Shown one piece after another: positions 19,715 to 28,813 of a stretch of DNA of 64,000 bases (position 1 is the stretch's first letter; every line of letters begins with the position of its first letter). Under the pieces are notes generated by a model. The model was not told the DNA's origin, searched no databases, and saw nothing but the letters and a program-made list of their open reading frames with translations. Source of the DNA: Escherichia phage KKE7M; the sequence record PQ356295.1. The stretch is one strand, 5' to 3'. A program made the position numbers and the translations under genes.

Positions 19715-20206
19715 ATGACGCTAATTGAGATTGATCGCAATGGTATTGATGAATGCTATCAAGCTGGCTTAGTTAAGCCGAATGAGTTTAGACAGATTTA
19801 TATTGACAAGATTGAAAAAGAAATATCTCTTCGTTTAGAGAACATGACAACTTTGCAAAAAGTTCAGATGTTTTTTAGTTGGTTGAAAGGGGAGGATTGG
19901 CTAACTAAATATTACCAGGAATTATCTGATAGTCAAGAAGGCTTGTTTGAGTGTATAATAAATGTAGCTGGGTCTAATTCAGAATTACTCCTGATCGATG
20001 AAGAAGATTGTAAACTTCTTTTTCTTAGCAGCATCTTTCACAAGAAATCTATGTTAGTAAGAAATTGCAGTGATTTACTAAATCATCCACTAACAAGAAC
20101 TAATAAAATTCTTGTGGATAAAGAAACACTAAGAGCTATTGATTACCTCCGTAAATATGTAAGCGGTGGTAAAGCAGTCCTTAAAACACTACAGGAGGAA
20201 GTATAA
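19715..20206 (+). CDS. hypothetical protein (163 aa)
   Basis: ORF; stop overlaps next start. Confidence 0.5.
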   Translation: MTLIEIDRNGIDECYQAGLVKPNEFRQIYIDKIEKEISLRLENMTTLQKVQMFFSWLKGEDWLTKYYQELSDSQEGLFECIINVAGSNSELLLIDEEDCKLLFLSSIFHKKSMLVRNCSDLLNHPLTRTNKILVDKETLRAIDYLRKYVSGGKAVLKTLQEEV

Positions 20207-20859
20207 TGACAACAATTATTGCAACACGTAACAAAATTCTGTCTGACGGTAAGGTAACAGTAGGTAGTCGTGTAGACACTTTAAATTTCAAGAAAGTGCG
20301 TAAAATTGGGGACTACCTTGTTGGTGGTGCAGGACGTCTGTCTTCTATCCTGACTTTCTTTTCTTGGTTTGAACAAAACTTACAATGCCAGGCAGCACAA
20401 GAGACAATCCCAGGTTTGGTGATCCAGTCAGATCCCGATAAAGAAGATGAAGAGTTTGTGGCATTGGTTGTTCACCCAGACGGTAAAATTTATATGCACG
20501 AGGGTAATAATCCAACTCGAGCATATCCTTTAACTGAAGATTATTATGCAGTTGGTAGTGGGGCAGATTTTGCTTTAGCAGCTTTAGATGCTGGGGCAAC
20601 CCCGGAAGAAGCGATGGAAGTTGCAAAACTACGAGATGCTTTTTCAGGTGGTGAAACTTTTGTCGAAGAGATCGAAGAACAACTGGAGTTAACAGCGGAA
20701 GATATTCTGAACTTCAGCAAGGAGCAACTAATTAGTATGCTGTTGACTGGTGATCCTGATAGTGATGAAGCTGAAAGTATTTTAGCAGAAATGAAAGAAT
20801 CACAAGAAAAAGTATTGACAGTCTCTGAAAAACTTGATAAAGTATCCTCTGATAATTAA
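20206..20859 (+). CDS. HslV-like Ntn-hydrolase peptidase with acidic C-terminal tail (217 aa)
   Basis: N-terminal MTTII (Thr after Met), GGAGRLSS and YAVGSGADFALAALDAGAT glycine-rich segments like HslV. Confidence 0.45.
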   Translation: MTTIIATRNKILSDGKVTVGSRVDTLNFKKVRKIGDYLVGGAGRLSSILTFFSWFEQNLQCQAAQETIPGLVIQSDPDKEDEEFVALVVHPDGKIYMHEGNNPTRAYPLTEDYYAVGSGADFALAALDAGATPEEAMEVAKLRDAFSGGETFVEEIEEQLELTAEDILNFSKEQLISMLLTGDPDSDEAESILAEMKESQEKVLTVSEKLDKVSSDN

Positions 20860-20868
20860 TCTATCATA

Positions 20869-20888
20869 AACCCCCTCAAGGGGGTTAT
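20869..20888 (+). terminator. stem-loop AACCCCC-TCAA-GGGGGTT
   Basis: Read directly; weak T tract. Confidence 0.4.
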
Positions 20889-20899
20889 TAGGAGGAGAT

Positions 20900-21328
20900 A
20901 TGTTACCAGTACCTGTAATATTTGTAGAAAAAGCCTACTACTCTTTAGAACAAAACTGTAAAAGAGCTAAAAATTTTATTGAAAGTTTAGCAGAACAACG
21001 TTACACTGTATCTAAAAAGGGATGGTTTAGAAATTCACAATATTTAGTCAACCCTTTCGGAGAAGTTCGTGTGTTGTACGGCAACACAGAAAACATCTTA
21101 GAAAGAATGTTAGAACTAGATAGGATCTCCTCCTGTGATTATCAACTGTTGAAATTTTACGATGTGTCAGAAAACATTAAAAACTTTCTTGACGATTTGT
21201 CTAAACGAAAAACAGAAGAAGATACAATACCAGTATCTATGGAAGAATTAACGTTCTTAAGAGATATTATGGTTTTTGAAGAAAACCCTGAAATTACAAA
21301 AGAGGAGATTTTAAGTAGTGGCAAATAA
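20900..21328 (+). CDS. hypothetical protein (142 aa)
   Basis: ORF with AGGAGG RBS. Confidence 0.5.
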   Translation: MLPVPVIFVEKAYYSLEQNCKRAKNFIESLAEQRYTVSKKGWFRNSQYLVNPFGEVRVLYGNTENILERMLELDRISSCDYQLLKFYDVSENIKNFLDDLSKRKTEEDTIPVSMEELTFLRDIMVFEENPEITKEEILSSGK

Positions 21329-21827
21329 GTATGATCGTCCACCAACTGATTACTATCCTACTCCACAAAAATGTATAAATGCATTATTTAGTGTAATAGA
21401 TTTTAATAACCTTAAAGAAGAAGGTTTTATTTTTGCAGAACCGTGTAAAGGCGCTGCTGCTGCAATTTATCAACATTTTCCAGAAGGATCAGAATATTGT
21501 GAGTTAGAAGAAGGGAAGGATTATTTTAACCACGAATGGCATACTAAGCCGGATATTATAATCACAAATCCACCATTCAGACTTGCACTTGAGTTCTTGC
21601 AAAAGAGCTTAAAAGAAGCAGACGTTTGCATATACTTGTTGCGTCTTGGGTTCCTAGAGTCTATTAAACGAAGGGAATTCCATAAACAGAATCCACCAAC
21701 AAATTTGATTGTTCTCTCTGAACGACCATCTTTTGTTGCAGGTGGCACTGACAAGACAGCATATGCTTGGTACGTCTACGACCCAAAAAACAGGCTGGGT
21801 TTAACTCAACCTTTCTATTTTGTTTAA
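21318..21827 (+). CDS. minimal SAM-dependent methyltransferase-like protein (169 aa)
   Basis: YYPTP...FAEPCKGAAAA...DIIITNPPF resembles gamma-class amino-MTase motifs X, I, IV; no target-recognition domain. Confidence 0.4.
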   Translation: MANKYDRPPTDYYPTPQKCINALFSVIDFNNLKEEGFIFAEPCKGAAAAIYQHFPEGSEYCELEEGKDYFNHEWHTKPDIIITNPPFRLALEFLQKSLKEADVCIYLLRLGFLESIKRREFHKQNPPTNLIVLSERPSFVAGGTDKTAYAWYVYDPKNRLGLTQPFYFV

Positions 21828-21840
21828 GAGGAGCATTTTT

Positions 21841-22071
21841 ATGACCGAGAAATTTATTGTTACTATGGAACTCACCTTTGATGAAGAAGATTTTGATCTT
21901 CACGTATCAACTAAAGCAGATAACATTCACACAACACAGAGTGTTGCAATCGCTATGTTCTTTAAACAAGCAATTGCAAAACAAGCTGAAGTGTGTGCTG
22001 GTTTAGCTGTAGAGTATGCAGAAGTTGTCAAGGTTCTTGAAAATGCTCGTAACAACGATTGGGAAGAATAA
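21841..22071 (+). CDS. hypothetical protein (76 aa)
   Basis: ATG 21841 after AGAGGAG. Confidence 0.4.
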   Translation: MTEKFIVTMELTFDEEDFDLHVSTKADNIHTTQSVAIAMFFKQAIAKQAEVCAGLAVEYAEVVKVLENARNNDWEE

Positions 22072-22274
22072 TGGCATACAATTACTATCTGGTATATTTT
22101 AACGAAACTAAGAAAAAAGACACAGGGACTAATGTTTATGCGGAATCCGAAGAACACGCAAAAGCTATTGGTTCAGTGCTTCTTTCTAGAATAGCAGGTG
22201 AAGAAATTCCTGTAGAAGCTATCTTTGCAGAAGTTGATCCTGGTATTCAAGAAGATGATATTACCACTACTTAA
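22071..22274 (+). CDS. hypothetical protein (67 aa)
   Basis: ATG 22071 overlapping upstream stop. Confidence 0.4.
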   Translation: MAYNYYLVYFNETKKKDTGTNVYAESEEHAKAIGSVLLSRIAGEEIPVEAIFAEVDPGIQEDDITTT

Positions 22275-22331
22275 CTGTTGACTTTAACGTTAAGGTAGTG
22301 CATACTTCCTGTAACAGAACAGGAGGGTATT

Positions 22332-22994
22332 ATGAAGTTTGTACTGTATCATCGACTTTCTAAGAAGAAACAACAAGGCAACCAGTATGGTATAGAATCA
22401 CAGGAAGCAGATATCCAACGCTTCCTGGATTCACAAGAAAATTATACTATTGTAGGTAGCTTTGCAGAGTTTTATTCTGGTAAAGGCGATTGGAAGCAAC
22501 GTAGAGAGCTTGTAAAAGCTGTTAATCTTTGCAAAGAAACAGGTGCTACACTTGTTGTTGCTAAGGTTGACCGTCTTGGACGTAACACAGCTTCTGTTGC
22601 AACCTTGTTAGAGATGATTAATGTACGAATAGCAACGATGCCCTCCGCTGAAAATATGATAATAAATATTTTAGCAGTTCTGGCAGAAGAAGAGGCTCGT
22701 GCAATATCGGATCGTGTTAAGAAGAGCCTTAAGGTAGCAAAAGCGAAGGGAACGCTTCTTGGTGCAGCAAACCCTAAATACAAAAGAACAGATTATACGA
22801 AAACGGAAGAAGCAAAACGCTCAAAAGAGTTTGCGCTTTCTTTAAAAGATTCTTTAGTTGCATACAGGGCTTGTAAAACGCCATATATGACGATTGCAAA
22901 GCATCTGAATGAATCAGGAAAGAGAACTATTCGTGGGAGTTTGTTCGATGCCAAAGCGGTACAACGTCTTTGTGCAAAATTGAATATTAAATAA
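22332..22994 (+). CDS. small serine recombinase (resolvase/invertase family)
   Basis: YHRLSKKKQQ...ESQ catalytic Ser region, LVVAKVDRLGRN motif, C-terminal HTH-like segment. Confidence 0.65.
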   Translation: MKFVLYHRLSKKKQQGNQYGIESQEADIQRFLDSQENYTIVGSFAEFYSGKGDWKQRRELVKAVNLCKETGATLVVAKVDRLGRNTASVATLLEMINVRIATMPSAENMIINILAVLAEEEARAISDRVKKSLKVAKAKGTLLGAANPKYKRTDYTKTEEAKRSKEFALSLKDSLVAYRACKTPYMTIAKHLNESGKRTIRGSLFDAKAVQRLCAKLNIK

Positions 22995-23003
22995 GGAGGA
23001 AAC

Positions 23004-23207
23004 ATGGCAGTTCAATCTTTTGAGGAGACTGTTAAAAAACAATTCCTATCGAAGCGAGCGATGGTTGAATTTTTGCATTTTCTCGAAGTAGATAGGGTAC
23101 TTATTGAGACTACACCAGATGGTAACTGGCAAGTCTCGTATATTGCCACCAGGCATATCGTAGACAGTACGAAAGAAGAAATTTCGGAAGTTACGGTTGC
23201 TAGTTAA
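23004..23207 (+). CDS. hypothetical protein (67 aa)
   Basis: ORF with AAGGAGG RBS. Confidence 0.4.
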   Translation: MAVQSFEETVKKQFLSKRAMVEFLHFLEVDRVLIETTPDGNWQVSYIATRHIVDSTKEEISEVTVAS

Positions 23208-23218
23208 AGGAGTTAAAT

Positions 23219-23791
23219 ATGCGTTTAGCTTTTAACGGGAAGATAAGCACAGCAAACATATTATCAGCAATAGGATTATTAGGTAAAAAATTCACACCTT
23301 TCAGTTTACCCGTTTGTGTAGATTTTGATCATGTATTTGATATTAATAATCCTTCACGTTGTATCGCCAGAAGTAATATTGATAACCCAAGTGAAAATCT
23401 GTTTTATATTACTAAACCATCCCAAGCAATTTTGAATCAATGGGAAGCAGGTCTGATTAAACCAGGTAAATATTTTGCATTACTACCTTGTAAATCATTG
23501 GCTATAGAGGACAGTCTAAACTATGCAAACAATCTTATTGTTACAGCATTCATTGTCTCAGAAAAAGAAGAAACTGCGGCACTTGCAAACACTGTTAAAT
23601 CTTTGTATGATTCTTTGGGTGTTACTTACACTACATTCGTTTGTGAAGATATTCCTCATTGCGTTGAATTTGTAGTAAATGGTGTAACTGTATGTCGTGT
23701 AGAAACAACGCAAGATGAGGACGTTTTTATTACTGTAGCCGATGTAATATCTGAACCTGTGTTTAGTTACGCAGTTTCATTAACACATTAA
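23219..23791 (+). CDS. hypothetical protein (190 aa)
   Basis: ORF with AAGGAG RBS. Confidence 0.5.
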   Translation: MRLAFNGKISTANILSAIGLLGKKFTPFSLPVCVDFDHVFDINNPSRCIARSNIDNPSENLFYITKPSQAILNQWEAGLIKPGKYFALLPCKSLAIEDSLNYANNLIVTAFIVSEKEETAALANTVKSLYDSLGVTYTTFVCEDIPHCVEFVVNGVTVCRVETTQDEDVFITVADVISEPVFSYAVSLTH

Positions 23792-23801
23792 GGAGAAGGG
23801 G

Positions 23802-24128
23802 ATGAAAATAACGACAGAACAGGCTTTAATAGACAAAGGAAGGGAAATCTTAGAAAGTCATTTGGAGGATATTCAAAGGACTCCAGGGTATCTCGGCTGG
23901 CGTATACAAGAAGCCGTCGATTTTCTACCCCGAAAAAATAAAGAGATTGAGGTAAGATCTCTATTCCTCCTTGTTAAAGTAGATGGTGACGCTATATACA
24001 AAGATGTAGCGTCTCACATTGAACAAATAGAAGAAAAAGCCTACAAAGAATTTGCAGATCTTGTTGTAGAACATAATATAGAAGGTAAAGTTAATATCTT
24101 TATACTTATGGATTTTGAGGAGAATTGA
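23802..24128 (+). CDS. hypothetical protein (108 aa)
   Basis: ORF with AGGAGAAGG RBS. Confidence 0.5.
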   Translation: MKITTEQALIDKGREILESHLEDIQRTPGYLGWRIQEAVDFLPRKNKEIEVRSLFLLVKVDGDAIYKDVASHIEQIEEKAYKEFADLVVEHNIEGKVNIFILMDFEEN

Positions 24129-24871
24129 TGCTAGTATATCAAGAAATTAGTGTAAAAGATGATCAAGACCTGTTTATTATTGGTGATTTACATGGTTGCT
24201 TTGATTTGTACCAGAAAGGTGTTAATACTTTAGGTATCCGAGATCAAGATGTTGTTGTATCTTTAGGAGATCTTACAGATCGCGGCAAGCAGAATTTTCG
24301 TTGTACCGTTGAATTCACCAGAAAGCTAAATCGCTATGGTATTCGTGGAAATCACGAAGATATGATGATTAAAGGGTTGCTAGAAGGTGATAGACGATAT
24401 TACGAATGTTGGTTTCAGAACGGAGGCCATACAGTTCTAAATGAGTGTGGAGAAGAAGGTGCAACTGCTCTTGCTTTGATGCTAGAAGACTTACCTGTTG
24501 TACTTGTTGTCAATTATCGTAATATGAAACTAGGCTTTATTCACGGAGGATATCCTTCAGTTTTGGAACATCTGCCAGTGACGGAAGTTTTGCCATTTTG
24601 TTCGAATATGAATAAAGAACAAGTATCTCGATTCACAGAATCTTTAATGTGGGATCGTGATATGATAGATTGCGCCCTTGAAGGGATTCTTCTTCCTAGA
24701 GTTTCAGGAGTAGATTATGTATTTCACGGGCATTCTTATGTTCCTAAACCTGTGATTAGCAGTAATAGGGTATATATGGATACAGGATCTTGCTTCAATG
24801 GTAATTTAACCTTTGCATATTTTGATGATTCAAATACGTTACAATTTTATTCTACTTTAGAGGAGGACTAA
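24128..24871 (+). CDS. Ser/Thr protein phosphatase (calcineurin-like metallophosphoesterase)
   Basis: GDLHGC, GDLTDRG, GNHE motifs. Confidence 0.85.
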   Translation: MLVYQEISVKDDQDLFIIGDLHGCFDLYQKGVNTLGIRDQDVVVSLGDLTDRGKQNFRCTVEFTRKLNRYGIRGNHEDMMIKGLLEGDRRYYECWFQNGGHTVLNECGEEGATALALMLEDLPVVLVVNYRNMKLGFIHGGYPSVLEHLPVTEVLPFCSNMNKEQVSRFTESLMWDRDMIDCALEGILLPRVSGVDYVFHGHSYVPKPVISSNRVYMDTGSCFNGNLTFAYFDDSNTLQFYSTLEED

Positions 24872-25191
24872 TGTATAAAGTCACAATTAAAGAGACGGTA
24901 GGGAATATTACGAAAGAAACTACTATTGAAACAGAAGATGTTGAGTTAGTCAAAGAGCTTTTATTTCCAAAACCAGAAATAAAAGATAATGACGAACAGT
25001 TGGATGAAGATAATGAGACAGCAAGGGATAAATGGAAGAAACAACTAGCGGAGATTTGGAAAAAGCCTCAAGTAACGCCTCCATTTGATCCTCGTACACC
25101 TTATAATCCCTGGGAAATTGGAAGCCCTTGGTATACGTATCCTATTACTCCAATTGTTACTCCTAATATTATTCCCAATATTACTTGTTAA
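24871..25191 (+). CDS. hypothetical protein with Pro-rich C-terminus (106 aa)
   Basis: ORF overlapping upstream stop. Confidence 0.4.
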   Translation: MYKVTIKETVGNITKETTIETEDVELVKELLFPKPEIKDNDEQLDEDNETARDKWKKQLAEIWKKPQVTPPFDPRTPYNPWEIGSPWYTYPITPIVTPNIIPNITC

Positions 25192-25201
25192 GGAGAAAAC
25201 C

Positions 25202-25780
25202 ATGAGCGATTTATTCTACACAGGTGTTGGTAGCAGAGACATTACAGACGAAGAATGGGACACTATGGTAGCTGTTGCAAAATGGTTATCTACATGGTTC
25301 ATTTTGCGATCTGGTAAAGCAGAAGGTGCAGATTCCGCATTTGAATGCGGGGTATATGATAGTGGAAACAATACAAAGAAAGAAATATACATTCCTTGGC
25401 CTTCGTTTAAAGGTAATGAGATAGAGGGAGAGGTTATTGTTCTTGACAGACCCGATAGTGTAAACTATGCTCTAACTTTGCAATATGCAAAAGAATTGCA
25501 TCCAGCTTGGGACAGATTATCTCAAGGTGCTAAAAAATTACATCAAAGAAATATCCACCAAGTTCTTGGCAGAGATCTTGAGAATCCAAAACCATCTTGT
25601 TTTCTTTTAGCTTGTGCAAATACAGATAAGAATGGAGATCCTTTAGGTGGTACAAGAACAGCTTGGATGTTGGCTAAAAAGTTTAATGTTCCTTGTTTTA
25701 ATATTCGAGGTAAAAGTAAAAAACAAATCTTCGAATTTATTAAACCTATTTTAGAGGAGAATGGTCTTGTCCAGAAATAA
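25202..25780 (+). CDS. Rossmann-fold LOG/DprA (SLOG)-like protein (192 aa)
   Basis: ATG 25202 after AAGGAG; GVGSRD and PLGGTRTAWMLA (PGGxGT-like) motifs. Confidence 0.4.
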   Translation: MSDLFYTGVGSRDITDEEWDTMVAVAKWLSTWFILRSGKAEGADSAFECGVYDSGNNTKKEIYIPWPSFKGNEIEGEVIVLDRPDSVNYALTLQYAKELHPAWDRLSQGAKKLHQRNIHQVLGRDLENPKPSCFLLACANTDKNGDPLGGTRTAWMLAKKFNVPCFNIRGKSKKQIFEFIKPILEENGLVQK

Positions 25781-26285
25781 TATAAGTGTCATTAAAGATA
25801 GCTTTATTGATGTAACAAACGATATTGTACCTACAATACAATATATAGTTGAGGCACAAGGTTTAAACTTCATACGTGATAAAGTTAAGATTGTTTTTCA
25901 TAACACTCCAGGTTTTGTAATAGTAGGTTCAACAGAAACGATGTATCCTACAGATCTGATCACTTTAGACAAAAACTTAACACAAGAAGAAGTAGAAATT
26001 CTTAACCTCTATTGGTTAGGTTTTAAAAGATATGAGGATACAGCTTTATCCCGAATGTCAACTATTTTAGCTAATATTCTGGTGCGGAAAATTTCTAAAA
26101 TATGGGATGAAGAAAACCCAGATGAAATAATTTTACACTTTGCTAAACCGGAAGACGGGGCATATGATATAGACACATCTGAAATGGCTTATGGGTTTAT
26201 TATTTCTGGTAATGTATTACAGATGGAATCTTTATTGTATGTTGAGACAGTAAAACACAATAACAATTACGAGGAGGTTGTATGA
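25761..26285 (+). CDS. hypothetical protein (174 aa)
   Basis: ORF. Confidence 0.5.
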   Translation: MVLSRNNISVIKDSFIDVTNDIVPTIQYIVEAQGLNFIRDKVKIVFHNTPGFVIVGSTETMYPTDLITLDKNLTQEEVEILNLYWLGFKRYEDTALSRMSTILANILVRKISKIWDEENPDEIILHFAKPEDGAYDIDTSEMAYGFIISGNVLQMESLLYVETVKHNNNYEEVV

Positions 26286-26539
26286 AAGGTTTAGAGTTTA
26301 ACTTTGTAGATGCGTGGGAAGGATGGGATGAACTAGGAGTAGGGGATTTATGTTTTTATGATGTTACCTTGAAGGAAGAATACAAACATCTAGCTCCTAG
26401 TGAAGATTGCGATGTGATTCTATCTATTCTATTAAGTCAGTCTATAGTGCAATTCGATTTCTTAAAAGGTAGTGAATGTATTGAAAGTAAAGCATTCCGT
26501 TTGGAAGTTTCTCTTGGTGAAGAAATTCCTGTAGAATAA
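26282..26539 (+). CDS. hypothetical protein (85 aa)
   Basis: ORF overlapping upstream stop. Confidence 0.45.
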   Translation: MKGLEFNFVDAWEGWDELGVGDLCFYDVTLKEEYKHLAPSEDCDVILSILLSQSIVQFDFLKGSECIESKAFRLEVSLGEEIPVE

Positions 26540-26541
26540 TA

Positions 26542-26565
26542 TAAACCCGCTTCGGCGGGTTTTTT
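26542..26565 (+). terminator. rho-independent terminator (AAACCCGC-TTCG-GCGGGTTTTTTG)
   Basis: Perfect hairpin with T tract; same hairpin family recurs at 31648 and 58113. Confidence 0.7.
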
Positions 26566-26594
26566 GTTGACAACACCAGTTTTTTCGAATAAAC
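26566..26594 (+). promoter_or_regulatory. sigma70-like promoter TTGACA-N17-TAAACT
   Basis: Immediately after terminator, upstream of gene at 26622. Confidence 0.5.
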
Positions 26595-26621
26595 TACAGA
26601 AAAACAGAAGAGGAGATTAGC

Positions 26622-27035
26622 ATGTACTATAGTGACTATTTTGTAAACCCAACAAAAGAACAACTTCAATCGGCAGTGGATAAGATGCAGATTGTAGTTA
26701 AAGAATGTGAGAAAATAAGAAAACAACTACAAGAAGAAACTGTTGTTGTTAATAAATGGTTTGGTCTTAGAAAGAAGGTTGTTAGTAAACACAATATCAT
26801 CCTTGAAAAAGCAAAAACGACAGGGACTAGTTACGCCTTACAAGGCTTGTTGCTAAATTACATTGATATAGAACAACATTCTCTTCTGCACTGTTGGCTT
26901 CACAGTCCTAGTATTGAGGATCTCTTGTTCTGGTTGTCGTGTGAATCTGTACTTTTAAACGAAAATGAGGCTTACCGTTTAAACTTCTGCCTTAAGGCAG
27001 AGTTACCAGCTAGTGTTAAGGAGAAGAAGCAATAA
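26622..27035 (+). CDS. hypothetical protein (137 aa)
   Basis: ORF with GAGGAG RBS. Confidence 0.5.
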   Translation: MYYSDYFVNPTKEQLQSAVDKMQIVVKECEKIRKQLQEETVVVNKWFGLRKKVVSKHNIILEKAKTTGTSYALQGLLLNYIDIEQHSLLHCWLHSPSIEDLLFWLSCESVLLNENEAYRLNFCLKAELPASVKEKKQ

Positions 27036-28024
27036 TGAAAGTTTTAAGTCTTTTTGATGGTATGTCAGGAGGAATGCTTGCACTAAAAAGCGCAGGTATT
27101 GAAGTAGATAAGTATTATGCCTCAGAATTGGACAAATTTGCCATAGCTGAAAGCCAAGCCAATTTTCCAGATATTATTCAATTAGGTGATGTTACAAAAT
27201 GGAGAGAATGGGATATCCCGTGGGGAGAAATTGATCTTTTGTTAGGTGGTAGCCCGTGCCAAGGCTTCTCTTCTTCTGGTAAGGGTTTGAACTTTCAAGA
27301 TCCGCGATCTAAACTGTTCTTTGAATATGTTGAAATTCTTGAACATATTAAAAAGTTTAACCCTAATGTTAAGTTCATGCTTGAAAACGTTAAGATGAAG
27401 GTGGAGTGGGAAAACGTGATCACAAGTTACTTAGGTGTTGATCCCGTATTCATTAACTCCGCAGATTTCACGGCACAGAATAGGCAACGTTTATACTGGT
27501 GCAATTGGGAAATAAAACCTTGGGATATTACCAATGAAGTGTTGCAAGATATCATTGAAGATGATAGTATCGTAGACAGAGATAAGGCTTATTGCATAGA
27601 TGCAAATTATGCCAAAGGTGGTAATATAGAACAGTATTTTGAAAAGAGTCGCAGACAACTGGTTTTTTATCCGGCAGCAATATATGGGCGTAGAATTAAT
27701 GAAAATGGCAAACGTAGTACATCTAAAACTGATCGTTTGGTACATTGTTTGGAAGTTCAGGACAGTGAAAAAACTCGTTGCCTCACGACTGTGCCTAAAG
27801 ACGTACTACTAGCTTACATTCCACCTGGAAGATATCTAGATGCCTTTGAAAAATTGAGTGAAGGCGTACATTATAGAAAGTTAACGGTTAAAGAGTGTTG
27901 CCGCTTACAAGGTGTTCCAGATGATTACTTTAAAGTGAGTAGTAACACACAAGCATATAAGATGTTAGGCAATGGTTGGACTATACCTGTCATTGCGCAT
28001 ATTCTTAAATCTATGGAGGAATAA
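27035..28024 (+). CDS. DNA cytosine-5 methyltransferase
   Basis: LSLFDGMSGG (motif I), GGSPCQGFS (PCQ motif IV), ENV (motif VI), C-terminal LGNGWTIPVI. Confidence 0.85.
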   Translation: MKVLSLFDGMSGGMLALKSAGIEVDKYYASELDKFAIAESQANFPDIIQLGDVTKWREWDIPWGEIDLLLGGSPCQGFSSSGKGLNFQDPRSKLFFEYVEILEHIKKFNPNVKFMLENVKMKVEWENVITSYLGVDPVFINSADFTAQNRQRLYWCNWEIKPWDITNEVLQDIIEDDSIVDRDKAYCIDANYAKGGNIEQYFEKSRRQLVFYPAAIYGRRINENGKRSTSKTDRLVHCLEVQDSEKTRCLTTVPKDVLLAYIPPGRYLDAFEKLSEGVHYRKLTVKECCRLQGVPDDYFKVSSNTQAYKMLGNGWTIPVIAHILKSMEE

Positions 28025-28147
28025 TGGAAACATTGTGGAAAGGCTGGAAGACTGCTCTGATAGCTTTTATAATTCCATTAACTTTTCTTGGTTGGTGTTT
28101 TTGGGAATTTATCTTTTGGGTAATTTCCCATATACATTGGGGGTAAT

Positions 28148-28759
28148 ATGACTCAAAAAGTTGCATATCAAGTAGATCGTGAAGATGGTGAAGGTAGCGT
28201 TGTAGTTTTTGATACACATGGTCTTGCAGCAAGACGCAGAGGCGCTTGTCTATTGGACATTGGTGGTGAAGATGAATACTGCACTGTACGTAGAGTAAAA
28301 GAATTTGATCAATACGCTGAAAAAGGTTTTGTACCTGCAAAAGCACTATTAGAAGCTGGATGGTGGATACCTAGTGCACATGATTATGATATTTTGGAAT
28401 CAGATACAGACGAGTTTAACAGTGAAAATTTTGTTTTCTCTCTGGATGAAAAATGCGTTTGGAAAGATTGGGATGAAATGGAACGCCATGCTTATTTTAT
28501 AAACGAAGCATTAGATCGTAAAACTTGGTTTGAAAATACAGTTAAAGCAGCGTATCCTCAATTTACTTTTACAGAGTTTTGGGGTGGCCCACACCATATT
28601 ACTCATGTGGCATACTTCGAGTTCCCAGGCTCACGCTATAAAGGTACTGTCTACTGGGATTGGGACGAGGACAAAGAACCTTCTGCTCAAGACTTCCGTT
28701 GCTATGTTTGTCAAGGTGATCAAGAAGCCCTTGACAAGTACCTTAAAAGTCTGGTATAA
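28148..28759 (+). CDS. hypothetical protein (203 aa)
   Basis: ORF. Confidence 0.5.
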   Translation: MTQKVAYQVDREDGEGSVVVFDTHGLAARRRGACLLDIGGEDEYCTVRRVKEFDQYAEKGFVPAKALLEAGWWIPSAHDYDILESDTDEFNSENFVFSLDEKCVWKDWDEMERHAYFINEALDRKTWFENTVKAAYPQFTFTEFWGGPHHITHVAYFEFPGSRYKGTVYWDWDEDKEPSAQDFRCYVCQGDQEALDKYLKSLV

Positions 28760-28775
28760 TCCGTAAAACTTAACC

Positions 28776-28800
28776 AAAGCCCCAAGCAGGGGCTTTATTT
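28776..28800 (+). terminator. rho-independent terminator
   Basis: AAAGCCCC-AAGCA-GGGGCTTTATTT. Confidence 0.6.
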
Positions 28801-28813
28801 GTCTGGAGGATAT

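Noticed and set aside
22332-22994. Prophage integration module
   Set aside because: The recombinase is a small resolvase/invertase type; no att sites, repressor or integrase context seen, and surrounding genes are typical lytic-phage functions.
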